A stretch of DNA of 64,000 bases from Sminthopsis crassicaudata (Eukaryota). Both the position numbers and the translations under genes were made by a program. Where the stretch lies: assembly GCF_048593235.1 (NCBI RefSeq), contig NC_133619.1:71562454-71626453 (forward strand), read 5' to 3'. Under the pieces are notes generated by a model, which ran no database searches, was not told where the DNA came from, and was given only the letters and a program-made list of their open reading frames with translations. Below are positions 50,651-64,000 of this stretch, piece after piece. How positions within the stretch are numbered: position 1 is the first letter of the stretch; every line of letters begins with the position of its first letter.

Positions 50651-53600
50651 ATAGGGTTATTCTTAAAGTCAGGAAAATCTAGATTCAAGTCCCATCTCTA
50701 AGGCATAAGAAGTATGTGACCCTAGGCAAGTCACTTAAACTTTTAATGTTCTAGACAACTAAGTGTATGATTATAATATACTTGCATTTAGAGTTTTCTT
50801 ATCTGGGTATTTCCTTATGCCAGTAAAATCATAGCTTTTAGCTCTAGCCTCTTATTGCTATTAATAATCTTCTGTGAAACAAAGGTAAATAAATTAACAC
50901 TTTGAGAAAAAAGACATTTTTCCTCTCACTAAAGTAAATCTAATCCCCCTTTCAGAACACTTTCCTGCAATAATCTTTCTCTGCTTGAAACCTTATAGAA
51001 CTTCAACCCGATATTATAAACTTTGAGTCTGCTTACTATTGTCTTATATAGATTTCTTGTCTTCCATACCATATAATGAACTTCCCTCTTCAGGAATTAC
51101 ATATTTCTGTAACCTATATGGTACTCAGTAATATAACACTGTATTCTTCAGAATCATTAGTTTTTGGTTTTCTATGTTTTGAATTGGACATATGATTTCA
51201 TTTTTAGGGAGAATATTTAGTGTAACTACCCTCTCATTTATCCAGAATGATTGCTCATCTATTACTCATGACTATCATAAGTAGCATCAAGGACTACTAA
51301 AAAGTGAAATGATTGTCCATATTCATATTCACAAAACTGTATATGNNNNNNNNNNNNNNNNNNNNNNNNNNNNNNNNNNNNNNNNNNNNNNNNNNNNNNN
51401 NNNNNNNNNNNNNNNNNNNNNNNNNNNNNNNNNNNNNNNNNNNNNNNNNNNNNNNNNNNNNNNNNNNNNNNNNNNNNNNNNNNNNNNNNNNNNAGACATA
51501 AAGAAGGAAAGACATAAAAATGAATCTTTCTGAATACAGGACCAGTCCTTTACACATGAGGAAATAATGATTCTTTTTAGAGTTACCAGAGATTAAATAA
51601 GAGTAAACAAATAGCAACAATAAAAACAAATATAAAATATACAAGATAAAATATTAATATGGGCAATCAGGGGAGACTCTGTCCTTCTTTCTAACAATAG
51701 GCAATCAGTATCTGGAACCCTTGAACTTATGAAGTTGCCACCAAGGCCAGGGACAGGCATCTCACAATTTTTCATCTGTGATCAGGTGAAGAAACATAAA
51801 GCAGAAGGCACAGCTAGGAGCTTGAGAATCTAGACTCATGCTTTTGCTGTCATAAGTGATTAGCTGTAATGTTATAGCTACTTGGTACCATAAGATACTA
51901 GAATAAGAGTTGGAAGCAGTCTTTGAGGCAATCTGGTCAAACTATCTCCTATTACAGATGAAGAAATTGAGGTCTGGTTAAAACTGCCCTGAGGAACTCA
52001 AGAAAAGGCAAGAAACCCCCAACCCACTTACTAGAAATCTAAGTACTGCCTATCAGAATCCCCAACTACATTCAAAAGCTGGGGAAAGAACAGAAATTTT
52101 ATTCCCTCCATTTAAAGGCTGCTGAGTGAGTGGCTCTTTCTGGACCTTTGGCCAGTCCTCTTTAGCACAATCCCTCCCACCCTTCAGGGATCAAGAGTAT
52201 CAAAGTACCTAGGAGGAACTTTTAGGTCAAGCATTCCTTTAAGGGCCTGGAGCACATGTGTCTCTGGGGAAATACCCCTTGTACCATTAAATAAATTTGA
52301 ATTATAATGACAATTTAAGAATTATGGGTTACATGTATTAAAATGCATTTACATAGATATTCTAAAAGATAATGAAACTAAATAATCGACAATATTCTAA
52401 GTCAATAATTTACCAAATCCTTTATTGGCCAAAATAACTTGTGGCATCATAACATAGCAAGGTCACTTCTGAAGCCAAGCTCATTGCCAATATAATCCAA
52501 CATACACTCAGGGATGAACTCACTCAAAAACCCCGAGACAATTCAACAAAATTAAAGGGAAAATAGTACATTGCCACACATTCTAGAAACAGTTTTGGCT
52601 TTTATTGTATCAGTTGTTTCTTTCAATGACTTAGCTTAGAAAGAAACTTAGTTTCTTTCAATGACTAGCTCAAATCTTGCCTCTTGAAGGACTACTTCTC
52701 ATGTTCCCCAGATGATAGTGCTTTTTTTCTTCAAATTTTGCTAGAGTACTCCTTCGTTTCTATCCTATCTCACATTCTTATTAGGCTTCTTGATGTAAAG
52801 ATCTTTTCCTCCCACCCTCCCACCCTAACCTCCAATAAACTCTGAATTTCTTGTAGGAAAGGCCAGCATTATTTTTAATCTTTATATGGTTAGTATTTAG
52901 CATCATGATTTGTAACAAATTTGACAATAATAAAGTGTCTTGAATTTAACTGAATTGAAGATCTTTTGAAGAACTTTGCTAGATTAAGCTATAGAATTTA
53001 AATATGAAAGAAAACATAGTGAAGGATCAGTATAGCTATTGCAAAGACATTGTTTGGAGAGTGTTTTCTTATCATTTCAGACTACTGCTATGAGTGTGAC
53101 CTATTATTTTAGTTTCTCCATGAAAGGGAAGAAAATAGTTAACAGTGAACATTAGACCTGCTAGAGTTATGGAGTTCATTTGGTCTAATACTTTCATCTT
53201 CAAACTGAAATTCAGAGAGGTTAAGAGGTTTGTTCAAATAGTTAACAGTTAATATGTTAACACCATGTTAACAGTCGATGCAATTGTAAATTCTAGAACT
53301 TGACATATTTTATTGCTCTTTTCATTCTATCGTGCTGTCTTCCAAGGGAATTCTCATGAAGTTGTCTTAATTATGTATCCTCTTTGGTTTTTCCATCTAT
53401 TTGTTATTTAGAGGGAGCAGGTTGCTCACCTCAAAAAAAGGGAGGGATGAGTCTCCTCTCTTTGAGAAAATACACTTATCTTTAACCCTACAGTCAGTAC
53501 TAGAGTTGATTTTTTTTTTTCTTTTCCCAGGAGGTATGGATATTCTAGAGGGAAGGTAAAAAAAAGAGGAGAGAATATCATTTGAAGCCAGCTTTCCTGA

Positions 53601-56600
53601 AGCTTCTTGTTATTAAGAAAACTTGTGGTTATTAGGATGAAAACAGGAAAATGTCCTCCTGCCAGCTCTAGAGATTAATGTCCGTGAGAGCTGACTGCCG
53701 CTTGAAATTTCCTAGCTTCACATAGCTCTTTGATGATACTGTCACATGGTCTGGATGTGGGAAGCATGAGTTATTATCAGAACAACTCAGGTCTCTCTTA
53801 AGTTCACTTTAGCTTCCCAGGACTGGGTAGATCAACTGTTTTCCCTTAACTTGAAAAAAATTGGTACATTTTATGTTAGAAAATGAAAAATCTTCCTAAG
53901 AATATAAAATGCTTATTGATAACAAGAAAAGGTTTATTGAATTGACTCCCCATAAAGATGGAAGTTTTTTTTTCTTCTAAATTCAGAAAGTTGTTATTAT
54001 TGAACAGTTCATATGAATCACTTTTAACAAGAGATTAAAGTTTGCATTTCAACTCTAATTCTGAAATAGATTTCAGACAGATTTCTAAAAGTCAAGAATT
54101 TGTATTACCTCAAGTTAATCTTCATTTATTTACTGTGATAAATCTTTTAAGTAATGAAAGTGTTAAATAAAATAAAATAAGCAAGATTTTCACAAAGATA
54201 ATAAGAGGCAGAAGATAACTGGTCAGTATAAACAATCTTGGATAATACCCATTGTGCAACTATTCAATCATGAACTAGACAAAAGTTCCCAAAACATTGT
54301 TACCCAATAACTCCCCTCTGGTATTCAGTGACAAATGACAGATACCTTGCTTACAGAAATGCTTTCTAGGTAATAAAGTAAGAAAGCAGCACACATATCT
54401 TCCAGAAAGGAAATCTCAAGAGCCAGACCTACAGTCCTTTAGATTCTGACTGAGACTGGGTCCAAAGTTAAGTTTGTGGAAACGATGCATTGCTTTTATT
54501 TTGTACCCTTTGGCTTTATTGTTGTGTGGATGTGCCCTGTCATATATCTGCTATTGCAGCATTTCTGATATTTTAGGAGTCTATTCTGCTGCATTGCAGT
54601 GCTTCCTGTACACTCCAAAGCCAGCCTTCACTCCAGGTTATGTAGGCAGGGGCTCTTCTCTTCTGAATCCCAAGATATTTTGATTTGCTAGCATCATATG
54701 ATGGTTTATTTTATTTTATGGCATTTTTTTCTGTCAGAAAATGATCGATAATAGTCTCAGGGCTTTGGAGATGTCACTTTAGATCTGAAGAGATTACTTT
54801 AAAATAATCAATAACCCCCACCCAAATAAATACTTTATATAATCTTGACATTTCTTTCTCTTCTAAATATTGTTTCCTAGAGCCTCATGTTTAAGAGATT
54901 GATGATAATTGAAATATTTATTTAATTCCTTATATTTTTCCAAAAGGTAGTAAATATAGTTTTTAATTTACATTGTCCACTGCCCTATAATGCAGTATCT
55001 ACAGATGTACCTTTAGTAACTTATGTGATTGCTGATGGTGATTACTTTAAAATGTATTTTTCATTCTTATTTCTGTGTATCAGATTTGCTATATTGGTTA
55101 TATAAGTATATGGCCCATAATCATCAACATTCATTAATATTCCTTTAGTATCCACTGTCTCCACATTATACAAGTTATAACAATAAGCTAATGACTATGA
55201 GTACTTTGTAGAGTGTACTTTATACACTTTATTACCAACTGGGATTCGTATAAGAGGAATTCTTAAAAAATTTTAACTTCCCAATATATTTTAAAAGACT
55301 GAGTAACTTAAAAATAAAATAAAACTGAATGAAAATAATTGTTGTTTTTAATTTTGTGAGGTATGGGTTCATTTCTATGATTTCAATAGAAATAATTCCT
55401 AGAAGAGATGCTCCTTACAATGATACAGTAAAGCAACTCATCTGTAACTTACAGTTGTAAAGATTTGCTTAGGGGAATTGAGAGGTTAGAAGGCTTCCCT
55501 ATGACACTATTAGTTTAAATGATAGGTTTTACTGACTATGAGGTCAGCCTGCCCACTATAAGATGACAGTTGTGGAGAAGAAAATTTTTGTTTTACATAA
55601 TTTCACATTTGGTGAGAAACTATTTCTTTGCAAGATAGAATTCTTTTTTCATTGAAGAAATTTTTTTTTAATTCTATGAAAACTTATATTAGTTTCAATA
55701 ATGAATTGTTCATCTTCACAATAAGTCATTGTATTCATGATAATTTCTGTCTTAAGGTTTAACAAAGCTATGTAATAATAACAATTTCCTAGGTTAATGC
55801 AAGGAATTCATATTAGAATTAGCATTCTCATTTCTATTCTCTATTCCATCTTGAAACCTGTCACCGTCCTTCTTGAAACTTAGAAGAGCTCACCTCTATT
55901 TTTAAGAATCCTGTGACTCCTTAATAAAACAACATTCTGACATAAAAAGTGATTGTATATTAGATATATGTTCTGTAACTAGAACTCAAAAAATGTTTTC
56001 TAGTGGGGAAAAAGAATTACATTCTTAGTAACAAATAACATCTATTATGATGTTATTATGAACAAATAACATCTGTTATGGTCAAACCAATTCTATTATT
56101 TACAGTATCTCAGATCAAATAAGCAGACATCAGTTGATCAACAAGCACTTATTTAGCTTCTACTGGGTTCTGGACAATCATGTGAGGTTCTTGGAAGACA
56201 AAGATAAAAAAGGAGAGTGTCTGTCCAAGGAGCTTAAATTTATCATTTTCAGATCTCTAATCTATAGACCAACACTGTAATGGTCTCTGGTAACCCTAAA
56301 AGTTTTAGGTAGGTGATGGTGATTATAGAGTTTCATTTTTCAAACTACCTTTGTCACAGGAGATTTTTGAAATTTGACCTTAAAATGTATTCATGAAATT
56401 TAAATACTGGTTAAATGAAGAACTTGGGGAGGAGTTGGTCTGATGTCATAGAATACTTTAAAATAAGTGAAATTAGAGAAAATTAGAAGCAAAATACATA
56501 TAATTATATTTGTACTCAAAAATTGTTGTACTAAAATCTTATACACATTAACTATTTTATGAGAAACATATTAATATAAAAATATTATTATAAAACCTTT

Positions 56601-58790
56601 ATTCACATCACATAATACACAATATCACACTTTGTGAGACACAAGTTGAATTTTTTGTTGTGTACTTATTTGGGGATTCTTTTTTAATGTTTACTGATAT
56701 TTTCTATTTCATACATCATTATAGCTATTCCAATTATTATTTCTCCTCATTCTTTCCCAGATAGTCGTCCCATATGAGAGAAACAATATTTTTAGAGAGG
56801 AAAAAATATACTTTGGGTTTTATTGGAAATGAAAATTATGTAAGAATTATCATCTGGTATTCTTTAGTACTTATAACTGGAAAGCAAATGCATACATGAA
56901 TCAATAAAAATAAACCTCATTATTTATATTATGTCTAATGACTAAGGTTGCATTTCTAATATTAAATACAAAGGATGACAAGATTTTTTCAGATCACATT
57001 CACAATTTACACTTAATAACAAAAAGTGACTTGCCCATGGCCACATATTTAATATAGTTAGTATGTGTCTAACTGACAGAAGATTTAGTCACAACCCCCT
57101 ATTGTTGAATGAAGATGAAATGTACATTGTAATTCTTGTCAATATTTAAAAGGCACTTTTCTGATGAATTCAAACAATTACATTTTAGTGTTGCTGTCAC
57201 TTTAAAAACATATATTTGGTAAATTATCCAGAAATGATGAAATTAAACATTGCTCCAATTTTTTTTTTTTGAGATTGGAGAATATTTTCCTTAAAATCAT
57301 GAAATTTCATTTACTTGGAAGTCAATATTTCTTTAGTTGGTAGGAGACATACATTTTTTTTCTCTCTAACATCTAGGAATTGCCTATCTTGAAGGGCCTA
57401 AAGAAAACCAGAAATAAGAAAAGCAGCACATAAATCTTCAATTCTGTGTTGATTTCAGATATTTCAGATATTTGTAGATAACATCAATTCATGGAGTGTC
57501 ACAGCTGCTGATTGATTGGATCATATTATGCAGTATCTCTTATTAGTATTGCTTATCAGACATTTATACTGGGTTTGGATCATGATGTCATCTAAAGCAA
57601 TCTTCTATTTTCTCCTATGACTGGTATATGGTTTGTAATTGCTTGACCTTATGTGATTTATGTGTCTGTTTTTTACAGCTTTTGTTTTGATGTCAGAAAT
57701 TGTTAATCCTTCAAAGTCCTACAGTTCTAATGTTGACTGCCAACAGCATTGATTTGCAATTGGCAGGAGAATGCAATTCATCCATCCATATCTGTATAAT
57801 TCTGTTCCATATTGAATGATGCCTGTTGCCACTGAAATTCACTGATAAAGGAAATTGATTGCCTTTAATTATTCTCTCACCATTATATCATCTTTCACCT
57901 TCAATGATGTGCAATGTAATATATACTTCTGAAATTATCTCATTGATGTAACCAAAGTATTTTCATTGAAGTTTATTTGAAGGCTATTGGATTTCCTTTT
58001 CCATAGCTAATTGTAACCCATAGAAAGGTTTGAATTTATTCAATTCTGCATATACGTATGTATACTAAATATTATTTTTCTTTTTCAATAGCTGGTTGAA
58101 CCTCTCTGAACTTCCCAGCTTATATGTGCTCTTAATCATACTAAAACCAAGAGGTTTTAAGAAATGACCTTATATGTTTTCAGCAGCCAATATATTAAAG
58201 GATATCTTGAGGGTAATTTTGTAATTATATGTAATTTCATCTATACACTCTAATAATGACTACCGATGTCATAGAAGTTTCTTTATGAAATTATAGGCTT
58301 CTAATACCCTAAGAGGTCTGGTCTTTTTGGTGTAATTAATATGCCTAAACTGGTGATGATCTTGGTACTGCAAAAATCATATAAAGTTATTATTTTTTAA
58401 ATTTCAATTTTCTTAAGGCATGAGATTAGTCGGAGAATAGGAGGCTATAAGATGGTCAACTGGGGTGTTATCAGATTAGACACCTGGATGATGCATTAGA
58501 GAGGCTTCTTGTAAGAGGTTGTATAAACTTAGAAAAATGAGGAAACATTGATCCCCATATGTAGGCATCTTATTCTTCTGTATATGTTATTAAGAGAAAA
58601 AAAAGTCAAGAAACATCTGGTGATTTATTTTTTCCACAGCTTACTGAAAATTTTGAAAATAGCCACGCTTCATGCTTCATTTTGGGGAGATTAAGTCCTT
58701 TCAAGAGAAGGCAAAATCAATCAGTTGTAGAGGAGAAAAGAAAAGCACTGGATATAACTAATGATTATTTGGGACTGGCTGTTTTCACAG

Positions 58791-58946
58791 GGAATGATGT
58801 ACTTGGAAGAGAGGCGCCTTGTTCATCGAGACCTGGCAGCTCGGAATGTCTTGGTGAAGTCACCAAATCATGTAAAGATCACTGACTTTGGTCTGGCTAG
58901 ACTCTTAGAAGGGGATGAGAAGGAATATAATGCTGATGGAGGGAAG
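58791..58946 (+). CDS. ERBB4: ERBB4 tyrosine kinase domain exon (human exon 21 equivalent): catalytic loop HRD, DFG, activation loop
   Basis: Acceptor ttttcacAG at 58789-58790, donor GTGAGT at 58947; 156 nt, phase 0/0; translates [52 protein letters not shown], the ERBB4-specific sequence. Confidence 0.98.
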
Positions 58947-60967
<2,021 letters not shown>

Positions 60968-62929
60968 TAGTAAATTTCTGATTGTGATTTAAGGCTCTGG
61001 GATTTTCAGCTCTTCTAAAGTTGTCATTTCATTGTGCTAGTGGTACATATTTATTGTCTCTTTTCCTAAAGGAGTTAAGTGTTTTCTCTTCTTTTCTTAA
61101 AAAAAAAATCTAAATGGTATCTTTACCTGTCTTCGGTGTTATTTCCCTACTCACTAAAATGTAATATCGCAGCTTCCCTGCTGGGCTGTCTGCCCGTAGC
61201 TCTAGTCTGGTAGTACTTTGGCTGATCATTGTGACAGGGAGGAAAAAAGAAGCTTCTTTTAGTTTAGGCACAGATTCATGGAATCATATGGCTCAAGGCC
61301 ATAATTTTCAACAGCTCTTTGAAAATCCAACTCTAAAAGCAATGAATGTCAAAAAACATTTTCTAGCTTATGGAAGTTTCTGTACTACAGTCAGATAAAA
61401 GGGAATTTGTCATAACAGAACAAAAATGGAAGATAATGGAGTAGAACAGTGAATAAAGAGTAAGTTAGAAAGTGAGGGAGAGTTTGCTCAGTATGGACTT
61501 CATTTTAATTTTGGAAACAACTTTGGGAGCAATCAGAAGGGTTGGATGATGTGTCATTGGAACTGAAGCTGGATGGATTTTAAGGCACTAATTTAATTTT
61601 TCTTAACTATAATGTCAGGATGAGCTTCTAAGAGTTTTTGATATCAATTCCATGAGTATAGAGTTACACCTTCCTTAGTAAAATCATGTTATGCAAGAAT
61701 AACTATTTACCATCAACAATACTAAGCATAATGTTTGTTCTTCATTGTAGTATGTGATTGAAAGCCAGATCTAACTGACTATTGCTGTAGCTTAATACTT
61801 TATGTCAATCCTAACTTAAAGGGGATTGCTGAAAATTATTATTGCTAAGTAAATTAATTTACCTTTTTTTAATTAAGACCAATTAACCTTCATGTACCTC
61901 TAATTTTATTATCTGTTTGAAAATACAAACTTTTGTTGACCTGTAATTTTGAAGACTACAGCAGGAAATGCTTGATAAATTTTATTTAGGGGAAAAAACT
62001 AAATAAAATAAAATAACTTTTTAAAAAGATAAAACTTGTTTGTTATATGATAAGGAAAAGAGTGAAGGAGAAAACATAATATCGTGTGTGTGTGTGTGTG
62101 TGTGTGTGTATACTATATGCATATAGTACATATACATGTAATATGTTACCTGTATCTCCTGGATATGAAATGATAGCTTGTTAAATATATTACAGGCTAC
62201 AAGCAAATTTTAAATGACCTTTAAAAAAAGAAGACAAAATGTTGGGAAAGCAGTCACTTTTTAATATTAAAGTTTGTCTTTTGGGAGAAATTTTGTTACT
62301 TCTCTTACATTATTTATCCTTCTTGTTGAATGCAAAATCCTAGGGGCTCAGAGAGAGGGAGAGAAAGAGAGAGAGAGAGAAAAAAAAGTATTTGTATGTG
62401 CTATTTTGAAACACAGCACATACCATCAAACCAAATCCATAAAATGCTTTAAGAAATATCATCAATGATTGCTGGAGACTTCCAAGACAGAGAAAGTCAC
62501 ATATAACCTTGTTCAGCAATGCACATAGTGGAAAATTGCTACTGGGAGCATCTTTATTTTTGTAAAAAATAAATATGTATCTGCCATGATGTTTATGTAT
62601 CCTTAAATGATGAAAAAGCAGGAGAAATTTTATGCTTGCTTACAATTTATTCAGTACATAACTTCCCTTTTACATGAAGTCTCTTGTATACCCATAGAGG
62701 TATTATAGGAATATATCATGGGACATAGAGAGGATGCTTCAGAAAGTTCTTGTTCAGAGCTTCATCCTACAGAATCCTACAGAAAAGTTACAGAAAAGTT
62801 ATGACTTGAAGAAAGCCATATTGGAAACAAAAAAAAAAAAAAAAAGAAAAAAGAAAAAAGAAAAGAAAAGAAAAAGACTGAAACAAAAACCATACCTAAT
62901 TATCTAACTTCAGACTAGTCATTTCATTT

Positions 62930-63263
62930 TTATCATACTACTTTTTCAACTCCCTAACACTATGGCACCTGGTAATTGTATTTTATGTTTCTGCTAATAG
63001 TTTATTAGCATTTATTTATTCATATTTTCTTTACTTTTTCCCTTATCAATGGCACTCAATTGACTTCAATTATTATCTCAATATAGATGACCAGGAAGTC
63101 TATTTTGACTCTGCATTTTCTCTCAGAGCTCCAGAATATTTCTACCTTGAGATTCTACATACCTCAAACTTAGCATGCTTCAAACTGAGTCACTCAAAAA
63201 GCCACCCTTTCTACTTCCCTCACTATATCTGTTGATGATACTGTAATACTTCCAGTGGCCTGA

Positions 63264-63303
<40 letters not shown>

Positions 63304-63560
63304 TCATTTCAAATTCTGTTTTCCCCTTTCGTTGCCTCTAAAATGTTCCTTACATTTCTCTTCCTTCCCATCTGTATTGACATCACTATTGTTTAGGTTC
63401 CTATCTTTTCTTACCTCTTCTAATAGTCTTCTATCTGGACTTTTTGCCTCTAATCTCTTTTCTTTTTGATCCATCCTTTACCTTTCTCCCCAAGTAATTT
63501 TCCTAAAATAAAATTCTGATCACATCTTCCTTCTGTGCAAAATATTTCCCACTCCTCATT
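62930..63560 (+). mobile_element. L2 ORF2/3' fragment containing a 35-nt poly(A) run
   Basis: cacctcaaacttagcatg, ctattgtttaggttcct..ctaatagtcttctatctggac motifs. Confidence 0.65.
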
Positions 63561-64000
63561 GTCTCATGTTATCTATTAGCTCTGTACACGGAAATTTAAG
63601 AAATATTGTTAGTAAGGGACTTATAATTTCTTAAAATTTAGAGCTAGACTAGGTCATAGAAGGAAATGTCAAACTGTGTCATTCACACATTCTGGGAAAA
63701 CTAAAGCATGTAATTTCCTTTTATCAGGCAACCATTGAAACAAACCAAGGAGATCTCAATTCAAACAAATAAGTGATTGCTATTGGCAATGGAAATGTAA
63801 CCATGGCCCTAATTAATAGATTAGCTAATAGACACTCCCTACTTATAGACCAAGCACTTTTCCCCCACAACTGCTATTTCAGAACTTGCCCATCTCAAAC
63901 CACTTGAATATATATATACACATACATATATACATACACACACACACACTCCTAATTAAAAACACTTTTAAATTTGTCCTTGTCTGTATTGTAAATTAGC

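Larger units (their letters stand above)
1..58790 (+). other. ERBB4: 3' part of the long ERBB4 intron upstream of the HRD exon (intron 20 equivalent)
   Basis: No upstream ERBB4 exon (expected ...LLNWCVQIAK) found in the window; the human intron at this position is very long. Confidence 0.85.

Noticed and set aside
54474-54683. Hydrophobic Cys-rich 69-aa ORF resembling a membrane or secreted peptide
   Set aside because: Starts at TTG, has no splice or promoter support, and TG-rich composition explains the bias
58682-58885. 67-aa alternative-frame ORF overlapping exon 21
   Set aside because: TTG start and no independent support; incidental open frame over the real exon
63267-63301. 35-nt poly(A) as an orphan retro-insertion
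   Set aside because: No TSD or upstream poly(A) signal visible; probably mononucleotide expansion inside L2

Overview
Vertebrate genomic DNA, AT-rich, with six N-gaps. It is almost certainly marsupial and probably dasyurid (Tasmanian devil-like), judged from WSINE1/MAR1-type SINEs, a 7SL-derived copy and the marsupial L1 3' end. The window lies inside ERBB4 (HER4) on the + strand. It contains two kinase-domain exons (58791-58946 and 60890-60965; exons 21 and 22 by human numbering). The first 58.8 kb is the 3' part of the long preceding intron (intron 20), filled with L1, L2, MIR/MAR1 SINEs, hAT MITEs, an antisense solo LTR, microsatellites and several GC-richer non-repeat islands. I find no prokaryotic-type system and no convincing novel gene; most ORF-track entries are spurious. 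The best leads are: (i) a GC-rich island near 11 kb whose ATG-initiated 66-codon ORF ends exactly at a GTGAGT donor in phase with exon 21 (candidate internal first exon for a truncated ERBB4); (ii) a young L1 with a clear ~186-bp 3' transduction inside a 15-bp TSD; (iii) a putative conserved enhancer at 46.5-47.1 kb bracketed by a ~210-bp duplication; (iv) a solo LTR with readable promoter parts. Repeat family names come from recalled consensus sequences, not database searches, and most repeat boundaries are approximate.
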